DNA of 64,000 nt from Verrucomicrobiales bacterium (GTDB lineage Bacteria; Actinomycetota; Acidimicrobiia; Acidimicrobiales; SHLQ01): assembly GCA_047638715.1 (NCBI GenBank), contig JBLIMK010000007.1:4265-68264 (forward strand), read 5' to 3'. The notes under the pieces were generated by a model that ran no database searches, was not told where the DNA came from, and saw only the letters and a list, made by a program, of their open reading frames with translations. Every line of letters begins with the position of its first letter. The first letter of the stretch is position 1. Below, piece by piece: positions 48,739-58,079 of this stretch. The position numbers and the translations under genes are program-made.

Positions 48739-48772
48739 GTGACTACTGTCACCTTTCAGTGACGCTCGTCAC
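48739..48772. promoter_or_regulatory. two tandem CRP/GlxR-like palindromes (GTGA-N6-TCAC), 20 bp centre to centre
   Basis: aGTGActactgTCACc (48739..48752) and aGTGAcgctcgTCACa (48759..48772) lie 145-180 bp upstream of the acyl-CoA ligase start. Both fit the TGTGA-N6-TCACA consensus core. Confidence 0.4.
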
Positions 48773-48912
48773 AATCCCTACCGGGCGTGGAGCGCTCGAA
48801 ACAACCGCCACAATCGACCGGTTTGAGAGCCGTTTCCCTCACGTTCCCTCACCAATTGGCAACTACGCTGCCCTGCGGAACGATATGAGATTGACTCACA
48901 AGACCGTCGGAA

Positions 48913-48961
48913 GAGAGGTCCGTCGCCCGCCACTCGACCGGGACGGGCCTCTCGACTTTTT
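48913..48961. terminator. strong hairpin followed by T5 on the + strand, downstream of the minus-strand hydrolase gene
   Basis: GAGAGGTCCGTC (48913..48924) pairs with GACGGGCCTCTC (48942..48953): a 12-bp stem with one G-U pair and a 17-nt loop, followed by GAC-TTTTT. The T-run is on the + strand and an A-run precedes the hairpin on the minus-strand reading. Confidence 0.4.
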
Positions 48962-49009
48962 CCGGCGTCAAACGAGCTCGCCATGGTCTGATCCTTGCGA
49001 GCTCACCTG

Positions 49010-49927
49010 TCAGCTGGCGAGAGGACCCTCAGCCATGAGCTCCAATAACGATGGAACGAACGCGGCCGGCAACTCGTGACCCAGTCCTTCGATGAGCGTA
49101 AGGCGAGCGTTGCCGAGCAGTTCGGCCAAAGCCTGTCCATGCTCGATTGGATACACCGGGTCGGCAGTGCCGTGTATGACGAGAGCCTTTGCGCAGATCT
49201 CGCCTACCTGGTCGACAACGTCGGGAGCGTCGACCACGGCATGTCCATGACCATTCGGACCCCGCCAGCCCTCAGCTACCTCGGCGACTGCTAAAGCCAA
49301 CGCTGCCTCCCGGTCGAACTCGAACACCGGCCCTGAAAACCATTCGAGCTGCTCGACGATCCATAGGGCGCGGCCCTCGGCGTCTGGCGGTGCTGGGTCG
49401 AAGAGCCGATCCGTCATCTTGTCGATAAGCCACTGCTGGGGCATGCCAAATTCCTCACGCCGACCGGGCGTCGTCGAGAGCAACGTCAGCGAGCGAACAC
49501 GCTCGCGCCAAGAGAGAGCGAAGTGTTGCGCGACCTGCCCTCCCATCGATCGACCGATGACGTGGACCCGCTCGGCCCCGAACGAATCGATCACGGCCAC
49601 CACATCGTCAGCCAAGTCCTGCATCGCGTAGGGCGAGTCGATCCATGCGCTTCGGCCGGTGTCGCGCGTATCGAACCAGATCGCTCCCCCGGTTAGATCT
49701 GCCACGCCCAGCAACAGTTCGCTCGGCCACCTGCTGCTCGGGGCTTCGGCTTCGGAGAGCAGTACACAAGGTTCCGCCACGCCTCCAACAGCCAACAGAG
49801 CTTCAGCATGGAGAGCGATGCCGCCCGACTGCACTTGTCTCGTCGAGTGTTCGAACCCGTCGAATTCTGCGAAAGAACGTGTCACGATCCCATCATGGCT
49901 GACCGATAGGTTGATGGTGATGGTCAC
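49010..49927 (-). CDS. alpha/beta-fold hydrolase
   Basis: 305 aa. Nucleophile elbow GRSMGG and HGTADPV plus GLGHELP near the C-terminus. Start uncertain, because 49927 overlaps the divergent DUF368 gene start. Confidence 0.7.
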   Translation of the reverse strand: MTITINLSVSHDGIVTRSFAEFDGFEHSTRQVQSGGIALHAEALLAVGGVAEPCVLLSEAEAPSSRWPSELLLGVADLTGGAIWFDTRDTGRSAWIDSPYAMQDLADDVVAVIDSFGAERVHVIGRSMGGQVAQHFALSWRERVRSLTLLSTTPGRREEFGMPQQWLIDKMTDRLFDPAPPDAEGRALWIVEQLEWFSGPVFEFDREAALALAVAEVAEGWRGPNGHGHAVVDAPDVVDQVGEICAKALVIHGTADPVYPIEHGQALAELLGNARLTLIEGLGHELPAAFVPSLLELMAEGPLAS

Positions 49928-50840
49928 GCGAGTTCTCGGTCAATTTGTTCGCGGGTTCGCCATGGGCGCATCCGATGTCGTTCCTGGCGTCTCCGGCGGC
50001 ACGGTCGCGCTGATTCTCGGGATCTACAACGGACTCATCACCAACATCGGCACGGGTTCGAAGGCGCTTGGCAGGCTCATTCGAGGTGACTTCAGCGGGT
50101 TTCTTGAACGACTCAGAGCGGTCGATTGGCTGTTCTTGATCCCCCTGCTCGCCGGAATCGGAGCGGCGGTCGTCGTACTGTCCGGCGTCATCGAACGGGC
50201 ACTCCATGACTATCCCGAAGCAATGGCCGGGTTGTTCTTCGGGCTCGTCATTGGATCGATCGTCGTCGCACGCGGTCTATTGCAGTCACCAGCTCAACAG
50301 CACGCCGGAATAGCCGTAGTGGTCGGAGCCGTCACCTTCGCGCTCTTGGGATTTCAGTCCGGGCCGATCTCGGACCCGAGCCCAGTCCATCTCGTCGTCG
50401 CTGGAGCGCTCGCTATTTGCGCGATGATCCTGCCCGGCATTTCGGGATCGTTCATCCTGTTGATGACCGGGATGTACGCAACCGTGCTCAACGCGGTCGA
50501 TGAGCGAATCTTCAGCGAAATCGCATTGGTCGGCATCGGCGCAATTCTCGGTCTTGGCTTGTTCAGCTCGTTACTGACCCGTCTCCTCGACGGTCACCAC
50601 GACATTGTGATGGCCACCTTGATCGGCCTCATGCTCGGCTCCCTGCGAGTCCTCTGGCCATGGCCCAACGGCGTTGGAATTATCGGGTCTGATGAGACGA
50701 TCTCGGGCACTGGCTTGGACCTCCCCAATGGTTCACCGTGGGTGGTTCCGGTGCTGTTGGCGTTCGGCGCTGCGATCGCCGTCTTGGGGTTGAGTACATA
50801 TGCCCAGCCGGGTGCAGGCGAAGACACGCAGACCCACTAG
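49914..50840 (+). CDS. DUF368-family integral membrane protein
   Basis: Signature GFAMGASDVVPGVSGGTVALILGIY, with a second half-repeat LPGISGSFILLMTGMY. The ORF-track start at 49659 was rejected because its N-terminal 85 aa run antisense to the hydrolase. Confidence 0.75.
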   Translation: MVMVTRVLGQFVRGFAMGASDVVPGVSGGTVALILGIYNGLITNIGTGSKALGRLIRGDFSGFLERLRAVDWLFLIPLLAGIGAAVVVLSGVIERALHDYPEAMAGLFFGLVIGSIVVARGLLQSPAQQHAGIAVVVGAVTFALLGFQSGPISDPSPVHLVVAGALAICAMILPGISGSFILLMTGMYATVLNAVDERIFSEIALVGIGAILGLGLFSSLLTRLLDGHHDIVMATLIGLMLGSLRVLWPWPNGVGIIGSDETISGTGLDLPNGSPWVVPVLLAFGAAIAVLGLSTYAQPGAGEDTQTH

Positions 50841-51652
50841 CGCACGATCTCCAGCCACCCGCCGCCGCGGTCGTCGATGAGCATGGCGCGAGCATGGCGC
50901 CGGCCGGCTCCGTCTGCGGGCGCCCAGCCCGCAACGGTCAGGCCTGGGTGAACCTCACCCACAGGAAGCTCGGCGATGATCGCATCGATATCCATCGAGC
51001 CCTCAGCATCATTGAGTTGACCGCCATCGCTATGCACGAATTCGCCATCGCGACTCGCCCACGCTCGCCACGTCGGGCCTGCGTCGGGCACTCCCCACCA
51101 GTGATCTCGGACGCCGACCCCTTCGAGGTCCCAGCGCGACTCATCGAGGAGCACCGTGCCATGCATTTGCCCGATGAGGCGATAGCCCGTCGTGCCAGGC
51201 ACCGGCGACGGGCCTGGCGTTCCCTCGGTGTCCCAGTCGAATTCGAGTCCCACGGCTACTCGATCACCAAAGGCGCCAGACCAGACATCGGTTGGGTTAT
51301 CGATTGCGACACCGAACGCTTCGAGATCGGTGGTGAGATGTTCGAAGGGACGCAGGACCGTGGTCTCGGTCCAGATTCCCGAACCGCGAAGTTCCATAGA
51401 CCCGTCCAGCGGTAGAGGTAAGTCGTCGGCGAGGACCGTGACCAGCGGGTGGCCTGGAAGACCGACCAACGATCCCCAGTACCAACTCGCTCCATCGGAA
51501 GGCCGGATCGTGAGTCGTACATAACCACCCAATCGATCCTCAGGAATCACGAACCAGTTATCCCAGACCTCGACCCAACCGGGGTCGCCATTCCACTCGT
51601 GCAGATTCTCTGAGCCGATCGGCAACGAAGAAGACTCTTCATCTCTGGACAT
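50837..51652 (-). CDS. hypothetical protein
   Basis: Start placed at MSRDEESSS. Trp-rich, apparently beta-rich soluble protein with no motif recognised. GC3 bias is consistent with coding. Confidence 0.5.
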   Translation of the reverse strand: MSRDEESSSLPIGSENLHEWNGDPGWVEVWDNWFVIPEDRLGGYVRLTIRPSDGASWYWGSLVGLPGHPLVTVLADDLPLPLDGSMELRGSGIWTETTVLRPFEHLTTDLEAFGVAIDNPTDVWSGAFGDRVAVGLEFDWDTEGTPGPSPVPGTTGYRLIGQMHGTVLLDESRWDLEGVGVRDHWWGVPDAGPTWRAWASRDGEFVHSDGGQLNDAEGSMDIDAIIAELPVGEVHPGLTVAGWAPADGAGRRHARAMLIDDRGGGWLEIVR

Positions 51653-51696
51653 CGTCACGTTGTGCAGTGTCGCACCGCGGTTGGCAGACTGGAGAC

Positions 51697-52062
51697 ATGA
51701 GCAGCATGGAACTCGACGAGTTCGCAGCACACACCGCTCGATCGATCGCATCGATCGGCGAGGGAGCCCTCCCCGTCGACGTCACGTTCACGATCGAACA
51801 GCAGGTGAGTAATGGCGAGGAGCTCGTTGGGCACTTCCACCTCGTGCTCGCTGGCGGCGCCGCGACGATCCGCGCAGGAGCAGCTGCAAAACCCGACATC
51901 GTCATTCGACAAGATGTCGAGACTGCACGGGCCCTTCAGGATGGCACGATGCACGCACAAGGCGCCTTCTTGACGGGCCGTCTGTCCATCGACGGCGACG
52001 TCCATGAACTTCTCAATCACGGTCCGCTTCTCGCTCAGTTGATGAGCAGCTCGGCGCCCTAG
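51697..52062 (+). CDS. SCP2 sterol-carrier-like domain protein
   Basis: About 121 aa from MSSMELDE. The C-terminal ARALQDGTMHAQGAFLTGRLSIDGD matches the SCP2 consensus tail. Confidence 0.65.
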   Translation: MSSMELDEFAAHTARSIASIGEGALPVDVTFTIEQQVSNGEELVGHFHLVLAGGAATIRAGAAAKPDIVIRQDVETARALQDGTMHAQGAFLTGRLSIDGDVHELLNHGPLLAQLMSSSAP

Positions 52063-52064
52063 CC

Positions 52065-52907
52065 ATGCCCGAGATCGGCGAGATCCAAGCACATGCCGAG
52101 CGAGTCGATGCGGAGTGGTCGGGAAGATCGCTCAAGGGTTTCCGACCGATCACGTTCTATGTGTTGAAGACCTTCTCGCCCGATCCAGCCGGCGCCCACG
52201 GTGAAACACTCCAACGTGTCACGACGCGGGGCAAATACCTGCAGATGTGGTTCGAGAGCACGGTCTTCACGGTGCATTTGATGCAAGGTGGCCGCCTTCG
52301 ACGAGACGAAAAACAATCTGCAAAACCTCGTAGTGGCCAGGCGCGATGGACGTTCGATGACGGGTCGGCGCTGCTCCTCACCGAGGCGGGTTCAGACAAG
52401 CGGGCTGGCGTCTGGGTCGCGTCATCGATAACCGACCTAGAGACCATCGAACCGCTCGAAGGGCTCGGTCCAGATGCCGACTCGATCGACATCGGCACCT
52501 TACAAAAGCTCCTCACCGAGCACTCCATGCGCATCCACGGATTTCTGCGGCGCCAACGCATACTCGCCGGCCTCGGTCGCAGGCTGGCGAACGATGTTTG
52601 CCACGAAGCCATGATCTCGCCATTCGCCACAACCGCGAAACTCGACGGCGATCAGGTCTCCGCTCTTCGCTCTGCGATTCGATTGTGCATCGACCGTTCG
52701 CTCGAATTCGAGCGCGCCCAGACCGAAATTGTCGCATCAGCGAAGCGGCCGTCGGCGATCCACAAGAACACGGGCGGGCCATGTCCGCACTGCGGCGACA
52801 CCATCCGTGAAGTCGCCTACGTCAAGTATTCGGTCAACTACTGCGCCACGTGCCAAACAAACGGCAAGGTTCTCGCGGACAACACCACGTCCAAGTTCCT
52901 CAAATAG
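52065..52907 (+). CDS. Fpg/Nei-family DNA glycosylase / AP lyase
   Basis: 280 aa. N-terminal MPE (catalytic Pro2/Glu3), H2TH region, and C-terminal zinc finger CPHCG...YCATCQ. Confidence 0.85.
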   Translation: MPEIGEIQAHAERVDAEWSGRSLKGFRPITFYVLKTFSPDPAGAHGETLQRVTTRGKYLQMWFESTVFTVHLMQGGRLRRDEKQSAKPRSGQARWTFDDGSALLLTEAGSDKRAGVWVASSITDLETIEPLEGLGPDADSIDIGTLQKLLTEHSMRIHGFLRRQRILAGLGRRLANDVCHEAMISPFATTAKLDGDQVSALRSAIRLCIDRSLEFERAQTEIVASAKRPSAIHKNTGGPCPHCGDTIREVAYVKYSVNYCATCQTNGKVLADNTTSKFLK

Positions 52908-52911
52908 GCAA

Positions 52912-52951
52912 AGGGGCCTGGCCCCTAAACGCGATTAGGGGTCAGGCCCCT
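52912..52951. repeat. two REP-like 15-bp GC-rich palindromes between convergent fpg/nei and mdh
   Basis: AGGGGCCTGGCCCCT (52912..52926) and AGGGGTCAGGCCCCT (52937..52951), each flanked by TA/TAA. Confidence 0.75.
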
Positions 52952-52972
52952 AACCGCACCGACTGGTCGGGC

Positions 52973-53959
52973 TTAGATCAATCCAAGGCTCGCGACCGTG
53001 TCGCGTTCACTTGCGAGCTCCGAAGTCGAGGAATCGATCCGTCCTCGGCTGAACTCATCGATCTCGAGTCCACGGACGATCGAGTACTCGCCGTTTGCGC
53101 ACGTGACCGGGAAGGAGCTGATGATGCCCGGGGGCACGCCATAGCTGCCATCGGATGGGATGCCCATCGAGACCCAGTCGCCATCTGGCGTACCGAGTGC
53201 CCAGTCGCGCATGTGATCGATGGCCGCATTCGCTGCCGACGCCGCGGAGGAGAGCCCCCGTGCCTTAATCACCGCGGCGCCCCGCTTCTGCACGGTCGGT
53301 ATGAAGTCGTTCTCGAGCCAGTCTTGATCGTCGATCAGTTCGACAGCGTTTTGGCCCTTGACCTTCGCATTGAAGATGTCTGGGTATTGCGAAGCGGAGT
53401 GATTTCCCCAGATCGTCATGTTCGTGACGTCATTAACCGACGTGCCGGTCTTTTGCGCGACCTGAGTCATTGCGCGGTTGTGGTCGAGACGCATCATCGC
53501 TGTGAACTGTTTTGGGTCGAGGTCCGGCGCAGCGGACTGCGCGATCAAGGCGTTCGTATTTGCCGGGTTCCCAACGACGAGGATCTTGACGTCTTTGTTC
53601 GCGTTTGCGTTAATGGCCTTGCCCTGTGGCCCAAAGATGCCGCCGTTGGCCTCGAGCAGGTCAGCGCGCTCCATACCATCTCTGCGTGGCATCGCGCCTA
53701 CGAGCAGGCCATAGTCCGCGTCGCCGAATGCGACGTTGGCATCATCGGATTGCACCATGCCGGCAAGAAGAGGGAAGGCGCAGTCGTCGAGCTCCATCGC
53801 CACGCCCTCAAGGACTCCCATTGCCGGAGTGATCTCCAGCATCTGCAAGATGACAGGCTGATCTGCGCCGAGCATCTCTCCACTCGCAATACGAAACAGC
53901 AAGCTGTAGCCGATCTGCCCAGCTGCTCCGGTAACGGCGACGCGTACGGGACTCTTCAC
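52973..53959 (-). CDS. mdh: malate dehydrogenase (NAD-dependent)
   Basis: 328 aa, GTG start preceded by [44 protein letters not shown] and IWGNHS. Confidence 0.95.
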   Translation of the reverse strand: MKSPVRVAVTGAAGQIGYSLLFRIASGEMLGADQPVILQMLEITPAMGVLEGVAMELDDCAFPLLAGMVQSDDANVAFGDADYGLLVGAMPRRDGMERADLLEANGGIFGPQGKAINANANKDVKILVVGNPANTNALIAQSAAPDLDPKQFTAMMRLDHNRAMTQVAQKTGTSVNDVTNMTIWGNHSASQYPDIFNAKVKGQNAVELIDDQDWLENDFIPTVQKRGAAVIKARGLSSAASAANAAIDHMRDWALGTPDGDWVSMGIPSDGSYGVPPGIISSFPVTCANGEYSIVRGLEIDEFSRGRIDSSTSELASERDTVASLGLI

Positions 53960-53977
53960 AATTGCTCCTTGTTAGAA

Positions 53978-54042
53978 AGGGGCCTGGCCCCAAATGCGAG
54001 CTAGGGGCCTGACCCCTAATTGAACTTAGGGGCCAGGCCCCT
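53978..54042. repeat. three REP-like 15-bp palindromes between the glsB-like gene and mdh
   Basis: AGGGGCCTGGCCCCA (53978..53992), AGGGGCCTGACCCCT (54003..54017) and AGGGGCCAGGCCCCT (54028..54042). Same family as at 52912..52951. Confidence 0.75.
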
Positions 54043-54121
54043 AAGTCACTGTGCACGATATCGGACGCGAAAGATGCCGGACCAATAGGCCCGGCATCCG
54101 CAACGTCGAATTTGAAATTGG

Positions 54122-54367
54122 TTAGCTGCTGGAGGCGAGCCAGCCCTTCTTGATTGCAAGCCAAAGCAAGCCAGCTGCCACGAGTGATCCGAGGATGACC
54201 TGGACAAAGAAGCTGGTCGTGCTCGTCGCAAGCGAGACAACAAATGACGACACGACGCCGAGGCCGATCGTCTTTGGCAAACCAATATCCTGTCCACCTG
54301 GAAGGATCGCGCGGCCGCCGTATCCGATGATTGTTCCGAGTATTACCGCAGTGATGATTCCCCACAT
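54122..54367 (-). CDS. GlsB/YeaQ/YmgE-family stress-response membrane protein
   Basis: 81 aa from MWGIITAVILGTIIGYGGRAILPG. Three TM helices, with the typical transglycosylase-associated-protein signature. Confidence 0.8.
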   Translation of the reverse strand: MWGIITAVILGTIIGYGGRAILPGGQDIGLPKTIGLGVVSSFVVSLATSTTSFFVQVILGSLVAAGLLWLAIKKGWLASSS

Positions 54368-54476
54368 AGTGAGCTCCCTAGTTCGTATCGTCTCGGAATT
54401 GTTATCAGGCAACCGTGAACAGTGCTATCCGAGCTGAAAACGTTTGACCGATGCGGAGCGACGGCTTACCCAACCC

Positions 54477-56387
54477 CTAAGCAGATTGGGTGTTTCCAAT
54501 CCAGTCACCGTAGAGCTCCGCGTACCTTCCACCCAGCTCGAGGAGCTCGGGGTGCGAGCCCCTCTCGACGATCTGGCCGGCATCCATGACGAGTACAAGA
54601 TCGGCTCGCTCCGCTGTTGACATGCGGTGCGCAATCGACACCGTCGTACGTCCCTGACTCAAGCGATCGAGGGCATTCGCCATACGCACCTCAGTCTCGG
54701 GATCCACCGCGCTCGTCGCCTCATCGAGAATGAGCAAGCCCGCGTCGGCGAGCTCGGCCCGAATGAGGGCAACCAGCTGACGCTCACCGACCGAGATGCC
54801 CTCGCCCCGTTCACCGGCGAGCGTGTCGATGCCGGCAGGGAGCGTCTCGAGCCACTCGTCGAGACCGAGCGAACGCACCGCCGAGTCGATGTCGGCGTCG
54901 GTCGCTCCCGGGCGCCCGAAGCGGATGTTCTCGCGCAGGGTCGTGTCGAACAAGAACCCGTCTTGGGGCACCATTCGCACAACCCGATTGCGGCTTTCAC
55001 GCGAGACGTCACGCAGGTCTGCGCCTCCCACAAGCACCTGTCCACTGGTCGGATCGGCCAACCGGGTGAGCAGCTTCGCCATCGTGGTCTTGCCGCCACC
55101 GGTCTCACCGACAATCGCAACCGACGTCCCCGCTTCGAGCGTCAACGAGAGATTGTGCAGGACCTGGTCGCCGGTGCGATAGCTGAAATCGACATTGCGC
55201 AACTCGACCTCGGGAGCACCCGCCGCCAGCTCTAGCCCCGGCTCGGCCTCGACAACATCGATCGGCACGTCGATCATCTGCAAGATCTTCCACCAACCCG
55301 CCAAAGCGGTCTGCGTCTGGTCGAGAATCTCGCCGAGCTGGCTTATCGGCTGAATCAGCAACGTGACAAGAAAGAGGAAGGCAGTGGCCTGTCCAACAGT
55401 GAGCGTGTCCGGACCGAGCAGGACTCCGCCGACAGCAACCGCGCCCGTGGCCACTCCGCCAAACAGGTCCATGGTTGGGCCCAACACGGAGAAGAACTTG
55501 TGCGCATTGATCTGTGAATCGACGAGCGACCAGTTGCCTTCCTCAAGACGTGCCCCGACTTCGTCTTCGTATCCGTAAGCCCGGATCGTGGAGGCGCCAG
55601 ACACGGCTTCGGACGTCCGCCCGATCGTCTCGGCAGTTCGCGAACGCACGGTGTTGTACGCGCTGAGCTGGCGCCGCTGGATATTGCGGAGGATGGGCAG
55701 CAGCGGGATGTAGATCACGATCGTCAACAGCGCCAACTGCCAGCTGTAGATCGTCATCACAATCAACGTGCCGACGATCAGTGCCGAGTTCACGATCCAC
55801 GACAGCGCTCCCCATTGAGCAAACTGCGCCAGCGTCTCGACGTCGCTCGTCACCCGGGCCGTAAGGACGCCTTTCCGACTCGTCGTGTGCTCGGCCATGC
55901 TGAGCTGTTGAATGTGCGCAAACGTTCGAACCCGTAACGCGAGCAGCGTGTTTTCTGCGGTTTCGATGACGCGCCGATACGTCTGCGTTGTGAGTCCATA
56001 GATGACGAGCACAACCGCACCTGCGGCCAGCGCGGCGCGCACGATAAAGCCGACGTTGACCTCACCTTGATTGAACCCGCCGTCGATCGCCTGCTGGATC
56101 AGGACCGGCAAGATGAGGCGTGCGAGTGCGCTGAGCAAGGCGAAGACAACGGTGACTCGAATGCCCTGTCGAAGCTCGGGGCTTCCGCGCAACCCGCGTC
56201 GCAAGATCTCCATCGCCGCTGGTTGCTCGGAGTCGAGCTGCTCAAGAGACCCCAATCGGCTCACTGTTTCGCTCCGCGCTGCCGGCGGAGATCCGCGGAA
56301 TTCAACATGATCGATCGGCTCATGTTCCTGCCCCCTCGTAGGCCTGGACGAGGGTCTTGTAGCCATCATGTTGGAGCAGTTCTTCAT
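54477..56387 (-). CDS. ABC exporter, fused permease/ATPase (heterodimer partner B)
   Basis: Six-TM N-terminal domain, Walker A GETGGGKTT, signature ISVGERQ, Walker B LLILDEATSAVD. Start uncertain: 56387 overlaps the upstream gene by 68 nt, and MEILRRGL at 56213 is an alternative. Confidence 0.85.
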   Translation of the reverse strand: MKNCSNMMATRPSSRPTRGQEHEPIDHVEFRGSPPAARSETVSRLGSLEQLDSEQPAAMEILRRGLRGSPELRQGIRVTVVFALLSALARLILPVLIQQAIDGGFNQGEVNVGFIVRAALAAGAVVLVIYGLTTQTYRRVIETAENTLLALRVRTFAHIQQLSMAEHTTSRKGVLTARVTSDVETLAQFAQWGALSWIVNSALIVGTLIVMTIYSWQLALLTIVIYIPLLPILRNIQRRQLSAYNTVRSRTAETIGRTSEAVSGASTIRAYGYEDEVGARLEEGNWSLVDSQINAHKFFSVLGPTMDLFGGVATGAVAVGGVLLGPDTLTVGQATAFLFLVTLLIQPISQLGEILDQTQTALAGWWKILQMIDVPIDVVEAEPGLELAAGAPEVELRNVDFSYRTGDQVLHNLSLTLEAGTSVAIVGETGGGKTTMAKLLTRLADPTSGQVLVGGADLRDVSRESRNRVVRMVPQDGFLFDTTLRENIRFGRPGATDADIDSAVRSLGLDEWLETLPAGIDTLAGERGEGISVGERQLVALIRAELADAGLLILDEATSAVDPETEVRMANALDRLSQGRTTVSIAHRMSTAERADLVLVMDAGQIVERGSHPELLELGGRYAELYGDWIGNTQSA

Positions 56388-58053
56388 GCGACCCGACCGC
56401 CACGATCTTGGCTCCTTCGAGATACGCGATTCGGTCAGCGAGCATGATGGTCGACAGACGATGGGCGACCATTAAAACGGTCATGTCATCGCCATCGATG
56501 CTGCGCAGAATCTCGCGTTCAATCGTTGGGTCGACGGCGCTTGTCGCATCGTCGAGAAGCATCAAGGACGGCGACCGGAACATTGCTCGGGCGAGCGCCA
56601 CTCGCTGGCGTTGACCGCCGGACAACGTGACTCCACGCTCGCCAACAACAGTGTCGTATCCCTCCGGGGTGTCCATGATGAAGTCATGTGCCTGGGCAGC
56701 GCGTGCCGCTGCCTCAAGTTCACCGGGCTCCACCTCTTCGCCCATCGTGATGTTCTCTCGAATCGATTGGGCGAACAAGAACGTCTCTTGAAAGACCATG
56801 CCGAGCTGCTTTGCCCGAGCGTGTGGCTGGAGATCGTCGTACCGAACCCCGGCGAGCGAGATGTCACCGGAATCTGGAGGGACGAGGCCCGCGGCCAATT
56901 CGAGAATGGTCGTCTTGCCGCTACCCGTCACTCCCACCAACGCCATCCGCTCACCGGCGTGAATGCGAAGATCGAACCCGTCGAGAACCGTATTGGCCTC
57001 GTGAGTATTGCTGCCATGTGTGAACGTCACGTTGGCAAACTCGAGAGCGACAGCACCGTCGGGTAGAGCCGCCACTGTTCCGGCGTGATCACCGGGCACC
57101 GGGAGATCAAGAACCGAGTCAATCCGATCGAGCGCGACCACCGACGCAGGCATCGACTGTAGAAAGAACCCGACGATTCGAATCGGCAGGCCCAAGACGC
57201 TGAACAGCGACATGGCGCCGACGAGCTCCCCAACCGTGACACTTTCGTTCGCGACCAGGCTTGCCCCGATGAGCAGCAAAACGATGATGCCGAGATTCGG
57301 AAGCATTTCGAGGAGCGGCTCAAAGACCGCCCGCAATCGACCCACCACGAGTCGCTTCTCGCGAAGGCTGGCCGACACCAGCCGCATCCGTTCGACCTCG
57401 TCATCGGTCCGCCCGAGGGTCTTCACGACCATGACCCCGTCAAAGCTCTCGTGCGCTACTCCGGTTACTTCGGCGATGGCTTCCTGCACGTCGGCAGCGG
57501 GCCCCGCCATCCGGCTGGAGAAAGACCGATTGAGAAAGAAGAGAATCGGCAGCACGAAGACGGCAACGACGCCGAACGCCCAATGCACCAGCGACAAGCT
57601 GATGATCGCGAGAAGAGCGAGGACGACCGTCGCAATCGCGAACGCCAGCGGACGCAACATTGTGCCAGCAACGACCAGATCACTATCTGCGTGTGCAATC
57701 AGTTGTCCGGTCGGGGTCGACCGATGGAAATCCAGTGGTTGCTTCAGGTATTGGCTGTAGATCTGGCTACGCCAGGTGCCCTGGGTCCTGGACTCGGCCA
57801 TCGAGAGGAAGTATCGCCGGATGATCGCGCCCGCACCGCGGACGACAGCGATGACGAAAATGATCAGAAAACCGGTGACGAGGCGATCGTTCCCGACGCC
57901 ATCTCCTCCGAGCCCGGGCACGATGAGCTCGTCGGTTACCCATCCCAAGGCGCGGCTCAGGGCGACCATCGAGATCGCGAACAGAACCGCGCCAACGATG
58001 GCTATTGCATGGGGAATTGGATGCGCTCGAAAACTGCGACCGATAAGCCGCAT
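56320..58053 (-). CDS. ABC exporter, fused permease/ATPase (heterodimer partner A)
   Basis: 577 aa. Six-TM domain, Walker A GVTGSGKTT, signature LSGGQRQRVALARA, Walker B LMLLDDATSAVD. Confidence 0.85.
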   Translation of the reverse strand: MRLIGRSFRAHPIPHAIAIVGAVLFAISMVALSRALGWVTDELIVPGLGGDGVGNDRLVTGFLIIFVIAVVRGAGAIIRRYFLSMAESRTQGTWRSQIYSQYLKQPLDFHRSTPTGQLIAHADSDLVVAGTMLRPLAFAIATVVLALLAIISLSLVHWAFGVVAVFVLPILFFLNRSFSSRMAGPAADVQEAIAEVTGVAHESFDGVMVVKTLGRTDDEVERMRLVSASLREKRLVVGRLRAVFEPLLEMLPNLGIIVLLLIGASLVANESVTVGELVGAMSLFSVLGLPIRIVGFFLQSMPASVVALDRIDSVLDLPVPGDHAGTVAALPDGAVALEFANVTFTHGSNTHEANTVLDGFDLRIHAGERMALVGVTGSGKTTILELAAGLVPPDSGDISLAGVRYDDLQPHARAKQLGMVFQETFLFAQSIRENITMGEEVEPGELEAAARAAQAHDFIMDTPEGYDTVVGERGVTLSGGQRQRVALARAMFRSPSLMLLDDATSAVDPTIEREILRSIDGDDMTVLMVAHRLSTIMLADRIAYLEGAKIVAVGSHEELLQHDGYKTLVQAYEGAGT

Positions 58054-58079
58054 ACCCCGTCGAAGGATGGTTGCTTCGC

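Noticed and set aside
48612-49079. 155-aa + strand ORF filling the long intergenic region.
   Set aside because: It is Arg-rich with low complexity and no motif, it has poor third-position bias by eye, and it runs into the antisense of the hydrolase gene's 3' end.
49914-49927. 14-bp overlap of the 5' ends of the divergent alpha/beta hydrolase and DUF368 genes.
   Set aside because: This is most likely a start-codon assignment artefact, since in-frame GTG alternatives exist for the hydrolase at about 49882 and 49837. It is not evidence of anything unusual.
52850-54004. 384-aa ORF on the + strand. Other long antisense ORFs behave similarly, for example 34483..35631, 15614..16702, 22572..23471, 60864..61571, 36882..37574 and 26541..27590.
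   Set aside because: They lie exactly opposite well-supported genes (mdh, GH2, the O-antigen ligase, LLM, tdm, sdhA and the kinase/regulator pair). They are Arg/Gly/Ser/Pro-rich with no motifs, as expected for shadow ORFs in GC-rich DNA.
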